A stretch of DNA of 64,000 bases, taken from contig CALKCF010000007.1 in assembly GCA_938083505.1 (NCBI GenBank), positions 32,001-96,000 on the forward strand. Reading direction: 5' to 3'. Source of the stretch: an uncultured archaeon (GTDB lineage: Archaea > Thermoproteota > Nitrososphaeria_A > Caldarchaeales > Wolframiiraptoraceae). Both the position numbers and the translations under genes were made by a program. Positions within the stretch are counted from its first letter, which is position 1. Each line of letters starts with the position of its first letter. Of this stretch, positions 10,665 to 20,928 are shown one piece after another. A model generated the notes under the pieces. The model did not search any database and had not been told where the DNA came from. It was given only the letters and a program-made list of their open reading frames with translations.

Positions 10665-11093
10665 TTACGGGCATCTACCTATGGATATGAGGAAGTTGTG
10701 AGCCTTAGTTAATGTCTCTTTTGCTGTCTTGTATGTGAGCTTCTTTAGGGCGTTCTCGTAATCTAACCACATGTAGTCCTTATGCTCGCTGGACAGTGTA
10801 ACATTCTTTTCGTGCGACCTAACCAGATAAAATATGACCTTTTTGTTGACAATATCACCCATTTTCTTGTAGAAGTACCTTATCTCGTGCTTGAACCCTG
10901 GCACAAATGTAATGTTCTTTATACCAGTTTCCTCAAAAATTTCTCTCCTTACCGTCTCAACAATCTCCTCCCCTTCCTCTATGTTTCCCTTAGGGAAATC
11001 CCAGTGTCCAGCCTCGTAAAGCAATAGCAGGTACTCGATGCTGTTGCCTTCACAGTAAAATACAACGGCTCCTGCTGATTTCTCATGAAGCAT
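10665..11093 (-). CDS. NUDIX hydrolase (Ap4A hydrolase-like)
   Basis: WDFPKGNIEEGE...RREIFEETG; LSSEH. Confidence 0.92.
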   Translation of the reverse strand: MLHEKSAGAVVFYCEGNSIEYLLLLYEAGHWDFPKGNIEEGEEIVETVRREIFEETGIKNITFVPGFKHEIRYFYKKMGDIVNKKVIFYLVRSHEKNVTLSSEHKDYMWLDYENALKKLTYKTAKETLTKAHNFLISIGRCP

Positions 11094-11224
11094 GCTTATA
11101 TTGCCCCCGACGGCCTCAGCGAACTTTGCTAAATTTATTCATAAGCAATGCGTATTAAGTTTAATTGCGGCATAAGTTTCTGTGAAATAAATATTAATAA
11201 CCTTAAACTCACCAATTAAGGAAT

Positions 11225-12097
11225 ATGCTTGTAGAAAGAAAACCTGAGTGGATAAGGACAAAAATTCCGTCAGGCCCTTTATACAATCGTGTGCATCGTG
11301 CTCTAAGAAGCAAAGGTCTCCATACCGTATGTGAGGAGGCCTTATGCCCAAACATAGCGGAGTGTTGGGCTCGTGGGACGATAACTATAATGTTGTTGGG
11401 TAATGTATGTACACGCTCGTGCAAGTTCTGTGCGCTCAGGGTAGGAAACCCGATGAAGCATGTTGATATTTATGAGCCGGAGAAGGTGGCTATGGTTGTG
11501 AATGAGCTGAATTTGGACTACGTAGTCCTGACTTCGGTGTGCAGGGATGATCTGTATGATGGGGGTGCTGGAGTGTTCGCCGAGGCTATCAAGGCGATCA
11601 AGAGGATGCATCCAAAGGCAAAGGTTGAAGTACTCGTACCTGATTTTAAGGGCGATAGGAATGCGATCGAAGCAGTAATAAGATCGAAACCGGATGTCGT
11701 CGGTCATAACTTGGAAACTGTTAAGAGGTTGACGCCGATAATCAGGGACGGAAGGGCGAGCTACCATACATCGCTCAACGTTCTAAAGATGTTCAAAGAG
11801 CTGGACGGTGGTATATATACGAAGTCGTCTTTAATACTCGGTCTTGGTGAGACTGAGCAGGAACTCGTGGAGGCTATGTCAGACCTGAGATCGGTCAGGG
11901 TCGACATCTTAACTTTGGGACAGTATCTTAGACCCACTAAACGACATGCGCCGGTCATCGAGTACGTCCGTCCTGAAACTTTCGAAAGACTGGGGGACAT
12001 AGCACGCTCTTTAGGCTTTAAGGCCGTAGCTTCTGCCCCCCTTGTGAGGAGCTCGTACATGGCCGCAGAGTTGTTCCAGAAGGTATCAGAGGGTTGA
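11225..12097 (+). CDS. lipA: Classical lipoyl synthase
   Basis: CEEALCPNIAEC (CX4CX5C), CTRSCKFC, HNLETV, RSSY. Confidence 0.97.
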   Translation: MLVERKPEWIRTKIPSGPLYNRVHRALRSKGLHTVCEEALCPNIAECWARGTITIMLLGNVCTRSCKFCALRVGNPMKHVDIYEPEKVAMVVNELNLDYVVLTSVCRDDLYDGGAGVFAEAIKAIKRMHPKAKVEVLVPDFKGDRNAIEAVIRSKPDVVGHNLETVKRLTPIIRDGRASYHTSLNVLKMFKELDGGIYTKSSLILGLGETEQELVEAMSDLRSVRVDILTLGQYLRPTKRHAPVIEYVRPETFERLGDIARSLGFKAVASAPLVRSSYMAAELFQKVSEG

Positions 12098-13497
12098 CGC
12101 GTTTGGAGGTTGACGCGGTAGTCATAGGCGGAGGCCCTGCTGGTTACGTTGCGGCGATAAGGTTAGGTCAGCTTCATAAAAAAACTGTTTTGATAGAAAA
12201 GGACAACTTAGGTGGTGTATGTCTCAACCATGGTTGCATTCCGTCAAAGATTATTGTGATGGCGGCTGACCTCTTTTGGAAGGTTAGAAAGCTCAATAAG
12301 TTCGGCATAAAGGTTCAAGGAATATCCATAGAACTTAAGCAGTTGCAGAATTGGAAGAGGAAAGTTGTCACGAAGCTGAGGGATGGTATAGCTTATCTGC
12401 TTAAGGGAAATGGTGTTCAGACGATCAAAGGTTTCGCAAAGCTGAAGTCGCATAAAGAAGTCGAGGTTAGGACGGAGACTTCTGAAATCACGCTCAAAGC
12501 CGAGAATGTACTCTGGGCCGTTGGTGCCGAGGACGTAGGTCTCCCAAATATGCCGTATGACGGTAGACGCATAATAAGCTCAAGGGACCTACTTGACCTA
12601 GAAATCTTACCAAAGAGTATGCTGATAGTAGGTGGAGGAGCAATAGGTCTCGAGCTTGGAACCGCCTTTGCCAAGATGGGTACAAAGGTCATAATTGTTG
12701 AGATAATGGACCAATTGCTTCCAGGGATCAGCAAGGATAGCGTGGCCGTTGTTCATAGGAACTTGAAGAGGTTTGGCGTCGAGGTATACACTAATTCTCG
12801 TGTGTCGACATACAGATATGATGGTGAGAACGTTTCAGTAGATGTTGTAAAGAATGGCGAGACATTAAACTTTAATGTAGAGTACGTGCTCGTTACGGTC
12901 GGTAAGAGAGCACCATCCCAGAACTATCAGTTGAAGGAACTCGGCGTAGAACTTAACAAGAACGGTTTCGTGGTCGTGGAGTCCAACATGAGGACTTCGG
13001 TGAACGGCATATTCGCAGCTGGTGATGCTACCGGCCCTCCATTCCTTGCCCATAAGGCTTCGAGACAAGGCTTGATAGCCGCTGAGGCGATGGCTGGTCA
13101 GAAAGAGAGACTTGGGCTTCCACCAGTACCCCTAGCGCTTTTCACAGACCCGGAGATCGCGGTTGTGGGGACGTCGGAGGAAGACGCGAAAACATCAGGC
13201 ATAGATGTCGTTATTGGTAAGTTCCCACTCACGGCCTTAGGAAGGGCAAACGTATCGAGCGATACGGAGGGTTTCGTTAAAGTTGTCGCGGAAAGGCCCA
13301 GTGGAAAGGTCTTGGGCATTCAGATAGTCGGGCATGGAGCAACGGACCTAATAGGTGAAGCTGCTTTCGCGGTATCTATGGGAATCACGGTTGAGGATTT
13401 AGGGAACGTACTCCATCCCCATCCGTCGTTCTCGGAGGCAATAAGTGAGGCTGCACATGCTGTAAATAAAAAAGCTATACATATGTTGAACGTTTAA
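12094..13497 (+). CDS. lpdA: Dihydrolipoamide dehydrogenase
   Basis: GGGPAGY, GGVCLNHGCIPSK, HPHPSFSE. Confidence 0.96.
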   Translation: MTRLEVDAVVIGGGPAGYVAAIRLGQLHKKTVLIEKDNLGGVCLNHGCIPSKIIVMAADLFWKVRKLNKFGIKVQGISIELKQLQNWKRKVVTKLRDGIAYLLKGNGVQTIKGFAKLKSHKEVEVRTETSEITLKAENVLWAVGAEDVGLPNMPYDGRRIISSRDLLDLEILPKSMLIVGGGAIGLELGTAFAKMGTKVIIVEIMDQLLPGISKDSVAVVHRNLKRFGVEVYTNSRVSTYRYDGENVSVDVVKNGETLNFNVEYVLVTVGKRAPSQNYQLKELGVELNKNGFVVVESNMRTSVNGIFAAGDATGPPFLAHKASRQGLIAAEAMAGQKERLGLPPVPLALFTDPEIAVVGTSEEDAKTSGIDVVIGKFPLTALGRANVSSDTEGFVKVVAERPSGKVLGIQIVGHGATDLIGEAAFAVSMGITVEDLGNVLHPHPSFSEAISEAAHAVNKKAIHMLNV

Positions 13498-13505
13498 AGA
13501 ATAAC

Positions 13506-14252
13506 ATGTTTGACATCTGCGTAACGAAGTGTTTGGTGATGAGGAGAGGCTTCCTTCTCGACCTTGGCTTCTGTGAGTATGAGCCTGCTTGGAGGCTTCA
13601 GCTTAAGTTAGTAGAGCTGAGGTCATCTTCCGCGATCTTAGATACCTTACTGCTTGTGGAGCACGATCACGTGTTCACGCTTGGTAGAAGAGCTTCGATG
13701 GACGACATAATCGTTGCAAAGGCACCCGTGTTCAGAGTGGAAAGGGGTGGCGGCGTTACGTACCACGGCCCGGGGCAGCTTGTAGGTTATCCGATAATAG
13801 ATCTGAGCGGTATGAAACTGGATATCAAGCACTACGTCCGTAAGCTGGAGAACGTCTTGGTCAAGACCGTGCGTAGGTTTAACGTAGAAGCCGACATCAG
13901 GGAGGGCTATCCGGGTGTATGGGTCGGCGAAAAGAAGATAGCGTCAATAGGTATAGCCATTAGGAACTGGGTCACTTTCCACGGCTTTGCGCTGAATGTA
14001 AACCCAGACATGAGCTATTTTAGATGCATAAGGCCATGCAATATGGAGCCCGACGTAATGGTTTCGCTCATGGAGGTTTTAGAGACCCCCATTAAGATGG
14101 AGGGGGTAAAGGAAGTTCTTATAAAGGAATTTGAAACGGAATTCGGCATGAATTTAAGCTATTTCCCGTCAGATCTTTGGAAAACCATCTCAGAATCTGT
14201 TGATTTATTACAAAAAGTAAAATGCAAAAATGCTTATAAGCTAAGCTTTTAA
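13506..14252 (+). CDS. lipB: Octanoyltransferase (start may be ATG 13539)
   Basis: EHDHVFTLG, RGGGVTYHGPGQLVGYP, KIASIG, HGFALN, PC. Confidence 0.95.
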   Translation: MFDICVTKCLVMRRGFLLDLGFCEYEPAWRLQLKLVELRSSSAILDTLLLVEHDHVFTLGRRASMDDIIVAKAPVFRVERGGGVTYHGPGQLVGYPIIDLSGMKLDIKHYVRKLENVLVKTVRRFNVEADIREGYPGVWVGEKKIASIGIAIRNWVTFHGFALNVNPDMSYFRCIRPCNMEPDVMVSLMEVLETPIKMEGVKEVLIKEFETEFGMNLSYFPSDLWKTISESVDLLQKVKCKNAYKLSF

Positions 14253-14280
14253 ATATAAATACAATACTATTTAAATAAAC

Positions 14281-14868
14281 ATGGAGAGTTGTGTAATGCC
14301 AAAGGGGCCTGAGCCAACTATAAAAATAGAAAATGTCGTAGCCAGTGTGACCCTTTTCCAGAGACTCGACCTATCTCAGATACAGAGGAGCTTCCCGGAT
14401 GTTGAGTACAAGCCGGCACAGTTCCCAGGCCTTGTCTTCAGACTTCAGAAGCCGAAGACGGCCACGCTGATCTTCAGCAGCGGCAAGATGGTCTGCACTG
14501 GGGCTGAGAGCGAGGAGGAGTCTATCAAGGCAGTTAAGACAGTCGTCAAACTCCTGAAAAAGGAGGGCTTCCTGATTAAGGAGGAGCCGCAAATAGAGAT
14601 ACAGAACATAGTGGCGAGCGTTGACCTCCATGGCAGGATAGACTTGGAAAGGGCTGCAGCGGAGTTGGAAAATGTCATGTACGAGCCTGAGCAGTTCCCA
14701 GGCCTAATCTACAGAATGGAGCAACCCAAAGTCGTCATACTTATGTTCGCGAGCGGCAAGCTCGTCTGCACTGGCGCTAAGTATGAGCGGGAGGTCTACG
14801 AGGCGGTACAAAAGTTGAAGGGAATACTGGAAGATAAAAATCTGCTGATATATAACACAACGTCATGA
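14281..14868 (+). CDS. tbp: TATA-binding protein (start may be ATG 14296)
   Basis: Two repeats of IENVVAS...YxPxQFPGL...SGKxVCTGA. Confidence 0.98.
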   Translation: MESCVMPKGPEPTIKIENVVASVTLFQRLDLSQIQRSFPDVEYKPAQFPGLVFRLQKPKTATLIFSSGKMVCTGAESEEESIKAVKTVVKLLKKEGFLIKEEPQIEIQNIVASVDLHGRIDLERAAAELENVMYEPEQFPGLIYRMEQPKVVILMFASGKLVCTGAKYEREVYEAVQKLKGILEDKNLLIYNTTS

Positions 14869-15891
14869 CGTACGCTTTCCTTTTAGCAGAATTTCGATGA
14901 ACCTTTTTGTTACGTCTTCTGCGGTCGCTCTACCGCCTAAATCAGGTGTCAGGCTCTTCGGGTCCTGCAGTAAGCAGAGCACAGTGTCCTCCAGGTCTCT
15001 TGCCGCTTTTAGCATGACCGTGTTGTTCTTTTTCTTGCCAAGCCACTCGAGCATCATCTTTGACGCCATAATTTGAGCTATAGGGTTTGCGTATAGTGGG
15101 TTGATGTCCGGCGCCGTTCCGTGAACCGGCTCGAACAGGCCGAACTCGTCTCCTATATTGGCCGAGTAGGCTAGGCCCAAGCTACCAACTATGCCCGCAG
15201 CCTCGTCGCTCAGTATATCGCCGAACATATTCGTCGTGAGTATGACATCGAACTTCTGTGGATTACTCACGAGCTGGTACGCCGCATTATCGACGAGCAC
15301 CTCCTCTATAGTTACGTAGGGATAAGATTTAGCGACCTCGAACGTTGCCCTTCTTAAAAGCTCAAAACTTTTCAGCACGTTTACCTTGTGGACGACCGTC
15401 ACCCTTTTCTTCCTGGCTTCTGCTATCTGAAACGCAACATTAGCTATCCTCAAGCACGCCTTCTTAGTAAGCACCATAAGGGCAACCGCATACTCCTCGC
15501 CGACGTCCTCAAGGCCTTTATACAAGTCTTCTGTGTTCTCCCTGACGATCACTAAATCCACATCACTCCACTTGGAGCTCACTCCAGGAAACGTCCTGAA
15601 GGGTCTTATATTGGCATAAAGGTCCAGCTTCTGCCTTAGGAAGACTATTACGTCCTTCGCCGACTCGCCGACAGGCCCCTTTAAGCATGCGTCTGAAGAC
15701 CTTATCTTGTCGAACGAGTCCTTCGGTAGCGGCTCGCCGAAATCCTTCTTTGCAGAATCGCCGGCTGGTGCCTCCACGAAGCTCAAATTGAAACCATAAG
15801 CCTCAGAAATGACCTCCAATACTTTTTTTGCAGACCTGACGACGACAGGGCCTATGCCGTCGCCCGGTATTACGCTTATGAGGTTTGCCAT
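14863..15891 (-). CDS. leuB: 3-isopropylmalate dehydrogenase (isocitrate/isopropylmalate dehydrogenase family)
   Basis: [33 protein letters not shown]; divergent from a leuA-like gene. Confidence 0.85.
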   Translation of the reverse strand: MANLISVIPGDGIGPVVVRSAKKVLEVISEAYGFNLSFVEAPAGDSAKKDFGEPLPKDSFDKIRSSDACLKGPVGESAKDVIVFLRQKLDLYANIRPFRTFPGVSSKWSDVDLVIVRENTEDLYKGLEDVGEEYAVALMVLTKKACLRIANVAFQIAEARKKRVTVVHKVNVLKSFELLRRATFEVAKSYPYVTIEEVLVDNAAYQLVSNPQKFDVILTTNMFGDILSDEAAGIVGSLGLAYSANIGDEFGLFEPVHGTAPDINPLYANPIAQIMASKMMLEWLGKKKNNTVMLKAARDLEDTVLCLLQDPKSLTPDLGGRATAEDVTKRFIEILLKGKRTS

Positions 15892-15915
15892 ATTCTAGCC
15901 CACTTTTCTGTGAAT

Positions 15916-15952
15916 ATTTAAGCGTTGAAATCTGGCATCATGGGACCATGAT
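15916..15952 (-). promoter_or_regulatory. Probable leaderless leuB promoter with an upstream 7-2-7 palindrome
   Basis: Minus-strand CAACG-CTTAAATA about 30 nt above the ATG; ATCATGG-GA-CCATGAT at 15937-15952. Confidence 0.5.
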
Positions 15953-15982
15953 CGCAGCATCTGTACTTTTCCGGCAAACTGT

Positions 15983-16032
15983 GAATTAGTTCAGTATTCG
16001 CGGAAAAATTTTCCAGCATGCTGAACTAATTC
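15983..16032. repeat. Long inverted repeat in the leuB/leuA divergent intergenic region
   Basis: GAATTAGTTCAGTAT...ATGCTGAACTAATTC (14/15 match) enclosing GGAAAA-A-TTTTCC. Confidence 0.8.
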
Positions 16033-16034
16033 TC

Positions 16035-16204
16035 GAGAAACGCTTATATATCGTTTGCCAACAAAGATGTGTAAGTTCGATAGGTGAGCAAAGTGAACCA
16101 ACTCGAATAAATTTGGCAAAACTTTTCGAGCTAACATCTAACAAAACCTTTCAAAAATCCTGTTCTGTCGATGTTGTTGCACTTCTTCTCTGAGGTGCTG
16201 TCCA
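16035..16204 (+). promoter_or_regulatory. leuA promoter (BRE/TATA) and a long leader with uORF MNQLE (16093-16110)
   Basis: GAAACG-CTTATATA; SD-like AGGTGA at 16082 ahead of GTG AAC CAA CTC GAA TAA. Confidence 0.5.
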
Positions 16205-17731
16205 ATGGCTTGGAGGAAAATACTATCTGAGGGGTATAACATTCCCGAGAGAGTTAGTATATTCGACACGACCCTAAGAGATGGTGAGCAGACGCCTGGC
16301 GTCGCCCTGACGCCGGAGGATAAGGTCGAGATAGCTATACAGCTCGACAAGCTCGGCGTCGACATCATAGAAGCAGGCTTTCCGATAACCTCGAAGGGTG
16401 AACAGAAGGCCGTATCGGACATATGTAAGCTCGGCCTCTCGGCCAAAATATGCGCACTTGCAAGGTGCGAGAAGAACGACATAGATGCGGCGGTCGATGC
16501 TGGCGTCGATTGGGTCCACGTGTTCCTGGCAACCTCCGACATACACCTAAAGCACAAGCTTAGGATGACAAGGGAGCAAGCCCTCACGAAGATAGCAGAA
16601 GCTGTTGAGTATGCTAAATCAAGAGGGGTGATTGTTCATTACTCGGCCGAAGATGCGACAAGGACAGAACATGACTTTCTGATGAAAGCGTTAAAAGTAG
16701 CAGTCGATGCTGGAGCGGACAGTGTAGACATACCAGACACCGTTGGCTTTGGGATACCCGCGGCAATTCGTAGAATAGTGTCCTCTGCGAAGTTTGTTAC
16801 AGGAAAGCCAGTAGCAGTTCACTGTCATGACGACATGGGGTTGGCAGTAGCAAACTCGCTTTCAGCCGTCGAAGCAGGTGCGGAGATAATCCATGCGACG
16901 ATTAACGGAATAGGTGAGAGGGCTGGCAATGCAAGCTTAGAGGAGATAGTCGTAGCACTAAACATGCTTTACGGTGTGAAGACTAACATAAACCTACAAG
17001 AGATATACAAGACGTCTAGGCTTGTTGCAAAGCTTACTGGTGTTTGGATTCCTAAGAACAAGGCAATAGTCGGCGAGAACGCTTTTGCGCACGAGAGCGG
17101 TATACACGTGCACGGTATACTCGGCTCTCCTGAAACTTACGAACCAATAGCACCAGAACTTGTCGGAAGGAGAAGGAAGATAGTTGCCGGAAAGCACTCA
17201 GGCATACACAGCATAGATTTCCTGCTTAAAGAGCGCGGTCTTGAGATGGACAAGGTGAAGGCTAGAGAAGTTCTGGAAAGGGTCAAAGCCCTCGGGGATA
17301 TGGGCATGAGGGTTTCGGACGCCAAACTTAAGGAGATAGCTGAAGAAATTGTAGGCGAGTCAAGAGATTCTCGGACAATATTCCTGAAGGAGTTCAGCGT
17401 CGTATCGAATACGAATTGTGCGACGGCGCGCATATCTTTGAAAATAGGCGACGAAGTCATCACGGCTGAGTCTTTAGACCACAGCCCGGTTGCCGCATCC
17501 CTCTCAGCCCTTCTGAACGCTGTATCGAGAAAGATGAACATCAAGTTGATTGACTTTAGAATCGATGCAACATCTTACTCACCAGATTTGAAATGTGAGG
17601 CAGAAGTAGTTTTGAGTGTCAACAACTCACAGGAGTATGTTGGCGAGGCGGTCGGGCACGACCCGGCTTTTGTCACAGTAAACGCCATAATAACGGGCAT
17701 CGAGAAGGCTGTGCAGTCCTCTCGGTCATAG
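16205..17731 (+). CDS. leuA: 2-isopropylmalate synthase (citramalate synthase not excluded)
   Basis: [29 protein letters not shown], plus a C-terminal regulatory domain. Confidence 0.8.
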   Translation: MAWRKILSEGYNIPERVSIFDTTLRDGEQTPGVALTPEDKVEIAIQLDKLGVDIIEAGFPITSKGEQKAVSDICKLGLSAKICALARCEKNDIDAAVDAGVDWVHVFLATSDIHLKHKLRMTREQALTKIAEAVEYAKSRGVIVHYSAEDATRTEHDFLMKALKVAVDAGADSVDIPDTVGFGIPAAIRRIVSSAKFVTGKPVAVHCHDDMGLAVANSLSAVEAGAEIIHATINGIGERAGNASLEEIVVALNMLYGVKTNINLQEIYKTSRLVAKLTGVWIPKNKAIVGENAFAHESGIHVHGILGSPETYEPIAPELVGRRRKIVAGKHSGIHSIDFLLKERGLEMDKVKAREVLERVKALGDMGMRVSDAKLKEIAEEIVGESRDSRTIFLKEFSVVSNTNCATARISLKIGDEVITAESLDHSPVAASLSALLNAVSRKMNIKLIDFRIDATSYSPDLKCEAEVVLSVNNSQEYVGEAVGHDPAFVTVNAIITGIEKAVQSSRS

Positions 17732-17754
17732 GTGGAGTAACATGAAAGTTATCA

Positions 17755-17925
17755 CGAAACGTTTTTATAATGCGGAAGTTTTTCCCTTCACTTTGAGATG
17801 TGAGGGTGATAATAATGCGCCAAATTATCTAGCAATTTTAGATAAGCCCTCACCTAGTATCTACCCTCTAGTATCGTGCTGTTCTCTTCTTTATCTGGAA
17901 ATCCATTTGTATGCGGTGAAGGCAT
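17755..17925 (+). promoter_or_regulatory. ilvB promoter (BRE/TATA) and a structured leader with uORF MRQII (17815-17832)
   Basis: GAAACG-TTTTTATAA; SD-like GAGGGTGA ahead of ATG CGC CAA ATT ATC TAG; stems TTATCTA/TAGATAA and GTGAGGG/CCCTCAC. Confidence 0.55.
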
Positions 17926-19671
17926 ATGGTAAGGGCAGCTGATGCTCTGGTCAAGGCCATGGAATCAAAGGGTGTGGAGGTCATCTTCGGTATACCCGGT
18001 GGTTCTAATTTAACGTTTTACGACGCGCTGTATGACAGTAACATAAGAACCATACTGATGAGGCATGAACAGCAGGCAGTGCATGCGGCAGAGGGTTATG
18101 CAAGGGTTAAGGGAAGGCCTGGGATAGCCTTAGCGACATCAGGTCCAGGTGCAACGAACCTAGTGACCGGAATAGTTAACGCGATGATGGACAGTCAGCC
18201 TGTTATAGCGATAACTGGTCAGGTAACGCGCGACGTGCTCGGAACAGATGCCTTCCAAGAAACGGACATAACAGGCATACTTTTGCCCGTCACAAAATAT
18301 ACTGTAACTGTCAAAGACCCATCTAAGCTTGCCCAGACGTTCATAGACGCATGGTACATCGCCACAACCGGCAGGCCTGGTCCTGTTCTCATCGACGTTC
18401 CAAGGGACGTGTTCCAAGCAGAGGTCGAGCCTCAGTGGAAGAACGAGCCAAGTCTAGCGAAGTATGTGCTAGACTCTCAGATAAGCCATGTCCATGAACC
18501 GGACCCGGAGCTCATAGTGAGGGCTGCCGAGATATTGACGAACGCCGAGAAACCCGTGATAATAGCTGGCGGAGGTGTGATAATAAGTAACGCTTCCGAG
18601 GAACTCGTCAAGCTGGCCGAGTACCTTATGGCTCCTGTCGTGGTTACAACACCTGGTCTGGGTTCCATACCTTCTGACCACCCGCTCATGCTGGGCGTCA
18701 TTGGTATGCATGGCAGAATTGAGGCAAACCTTGCCGTGATAGAGTCGGACACGATTCTGGCAGTCGGTATAAGGTTCTCCGATAGGTCTGTTGGAAGGTT
18801 TGATGAGCTTCAAAGAGATAGAAAGATAATCCACATAGATATAGATGCTAGCGAGATCAGCAAGAATGTTACACCAACCGTAGGCATAGTCGGCGATGCC
18901 AAGAGGACTTTGGCCGAAATTTATGCCTGCGTAACTTCAAGGATTGCAAGAAAAGACGCGAGACCATTCGTTCAAAGGCTCAAAGCGATAGGTGAGAGGT
19001 TTGATGAGTTCATGAACAACCATGGCGAACTGAGTAGGATAACTCCTTGGCGTGCGCTTAAGGTGATAAGAGAGGAGTTACCACGGAATGCAATAGTAGC
19101 GACGGGTGTCGGGCAACACCAGATGTGGGTCCAGCTTTACTTCAAGGTTTTCGAGCCAAGAACGCTTCTGACGAGTTGCGGCCTCGGAACTATGGGCTTC
19201 GGCCTACCTGCTGCCATCGGCGCGAAAATTGCAGCACCAGACAGGGCCGTAGCCTGCATCGATGGCGACGGTAGTTTCATCATGACGTGCCAGAGCTTGA
19301 TACCGATAGCCCAGTACGACATACCCATTATATGCATAATATTCAACAATAGGGTCCTAGGTATGATAAGGCAGTGGCAGGACTTCTTCTACCAAAAAAG
19401 GTACAAGGATGAGAGTCTCAATATATATCTAAAGAAATACGTCAGTAAAAGCGTTGATTATGTGAAGCTCGCAGAATCCATGGGTGTAGAGGGAGCTTTA
19501 GCAGAGTCGCTGGACGATTTAAGGATGTTAATTAGGAGGGCTGTAAGAGCAGGACAAGCGCTGGTCATAGACTTGCCGATAGACAAGGATGAGAGAGTAC
19601 TGCCAATGGTACCTCCTGGCAAGTGGCTCAGTCAGATGATAGTGCCCCAGGGGTTCGATATCTATGGTTAA
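17926..19671 (+). CDS. ilvB: Acetolactate synthase large subunit
   Basis: FGIPGG, RHEQ, TSGPGATN, DAFQE, GDGS...NN TPP motif. Confidence 0.96.
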   Translation: MVRAADALVKAMESKGVEVIFGIPGGSNLTFYDALYDSNIRTILMRHEQQAVHAAEGYARVKGRPGIALATSGPGATNLVTGIVNAMMDSQPVIAITGQVTRDVLGTDAFQETDITGILLPVTKYTVTVKDPSKLAQTFIDAWYIATTGRPGPVLIDVPRDVFQAEVEPQWKNEPSLAKYVLDSQISHVHEPDPELIVRAAEILTNAEKPVIIAGGGVIISNASEELVKLAEYLMAPVVVTTPGLGSIPSDHPLMLGVIGMHGRIEANLAVIESDTILAVGIRFSDRSVGRFDELQRDRKIIHIDIDASEISKNVTPTVGIVGDAKRTLAEIYACVTSRIARKDARPFVQRLKAIGERFDEFMNNHGELSRITPWRALKVIREELPRNAIVATGVGQHQMWVQLYFKVFEPRTLLTSCGLGTMGFGLPAAIGAKIAAPDRAVACIDGDGSFIMTCQSLIPIAQYDIPIICIIFNNRVLGMIRQWQDFFYQKRYKDESLNIYLKKYVSKSVDYVKLAESMGVEGALAESLDDLRMLIRRAVRAGQALVIDLPIDKDERVLPMVPPGKWLSQMIVPQGFDIYG

Positions 19672-19933
19672 GCATACGTTCACCGCATTGATAGAGGACT
19701 CACTGGAGGCACTCCTCAAAGTATTCTTGACTACGAAGCAAGCTCAGGCGAAGCTTATCCGTGTGGAAGTTGACGATTCTGGTATAGATAACGTCAAGCT
19801 CTTAACTATGACGGTGTCGGTAAAACCTGAAAGGGCGGAGTGGCTCAAGAGAAAGTTATTTAACCTACCTGTGGTGCTGAAGGTAGATTACACAATATCG
19901 GATACGGGTCTGATGAAAAGTATGGATGCATAG
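19664..19933 (+). CDS. ACT-domain protein, probable acetolactate synthase small subunit
   Basis: 89 aa ACT-like pattern, overlaps the ilvB stop, lies between ilvB and ilvC. Confidence 0.65.
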   Translation: MVKHTFTALIEDSLEALLKVFLTTKQAQAKLIRVEVDDSGIDNVKLLTMTVSVKPERAEWLKRKLFNLPVVLKVDYTISDTGLMKSMDA

Positions 19934-19947
19934 GTGGTGAGAGGCAG

Positions 19948-20928
19948 ATGGTAAAAATATACTACGAGAGCGACATAAGCCTCGAGCCGCTGCTTGGTAA
20001 GAAGGTAGCAGTCATAGGTTACGGGAGCCAAGGAAGGGCCCAAGCACTCAACATGAGGGACTCTGGAATAGACGTCATTGTTGGTGTTAGAGAAGGAGGA
20101 AAATCTTGGAGTGTGGTGAAAGAAGACGGTCTTGAGCCGCTTCCTGTAGAGAAGGCAGCGAAGGAAGGAGACGTAATCCACATGCTAATACCGGATGTGA
20201 TGCAGCCTGAGGTTTACAAGAAATTCATAGAACCAAACCTGAAAGCTGGAAAGGTCTTGGGCTTCTCGCATGGCTACAACATACACTTTAGGCAGATCAT
20301 ACCACCAAGTTACGTGGACGTCGTGCTCGTCGCTCCTAAGGCACCAGGTCCGAGAATGCGTGAGCTCTACCTTGAAGGCAAGGGCGTCCCGGCACTTTTC
20401 GCGGTGAAACAGGATTATTCTGGAAACGCAAGGATGATAGCTTTGGCTATGGCTAAGGCGTTAGGTTGCGCCAGGGCTGGCGTCCTTGAGACGACATTTA
20501 AGGAGGAGACGGAAACTGACCTACTGGGAGAGCAAGCGGTTTTGGTTGGCGGTCTCATTGAGCTCATAAAGAAGGGATATGAGGTACTGGTCGAGGCAGG
20601 ATACCAGCCAGAGCTTGCATACTTCGAAGTATGCAACGAGATGAAGCTAATAGTCGACTTAATATATAAAGGAGGCTTGGTCGGAATGCTGAAGGCAGTC
20701 TCCGATACCGCAAAGTTCGGCGGCCTACTTGTGGGCTCCCAGATAATCGACGAGCGTGTAAAGGAGAATATGAGGGAGGCTCTCAGGAGAATTCAAGACG
20801 GCTCCTTCGCGAGACTTTGGAGCGAAGACCCGAGGAGTAAGCTAATACTCGAGAAGAAGATGGAGGAAATAAGGAACCATCCAATAGAGAAAGTGGGCGA
20901 GGCCGTTAGGAAGTTGGCCCAAATATAG
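19948..20928 (+). CDS. ilvC: Ketol-acid reductoisomerase
   Basis: [33 protein letters not shown]. Confidence 0.97.
   Translation: MVKIYYESDISLEPLLGKKVAVIGYGSQGRAQALNMRDSGIDVIVGVREGGKSWSVVKEDGLEPLPVEKAAKEGDVIHMLIPDVMQPEVYKKFIEPNLKAGKVLGFSHGYNIHFRQIIPPSYVDVVLVAPKAPGPRMRELYLEGKGVPALFAVKQDYSGNARMIALAMAKALGCARAGVLETTFKEETETDLLGEQAVLVGGLIELIKKGYEVLVEAGYQPELAYFEVCNEMKLIVDLIYKGGLVGMLKAVSDTAKFGGLLVGSQIIDERVKENMREALRRIQDGSFARLWSEDPRSKLILEKKMEEIRNHPIEKVGEAVRKLAQI

Noticed and set aside
17742-17942. 66-aa ORF between leuA and ilvB as a conventional protein gene
   Set aside because: It has an SD-like sequence but spans a TATA box and the ilvB start and resembles no family; considered only as part of the leader hypothesis.
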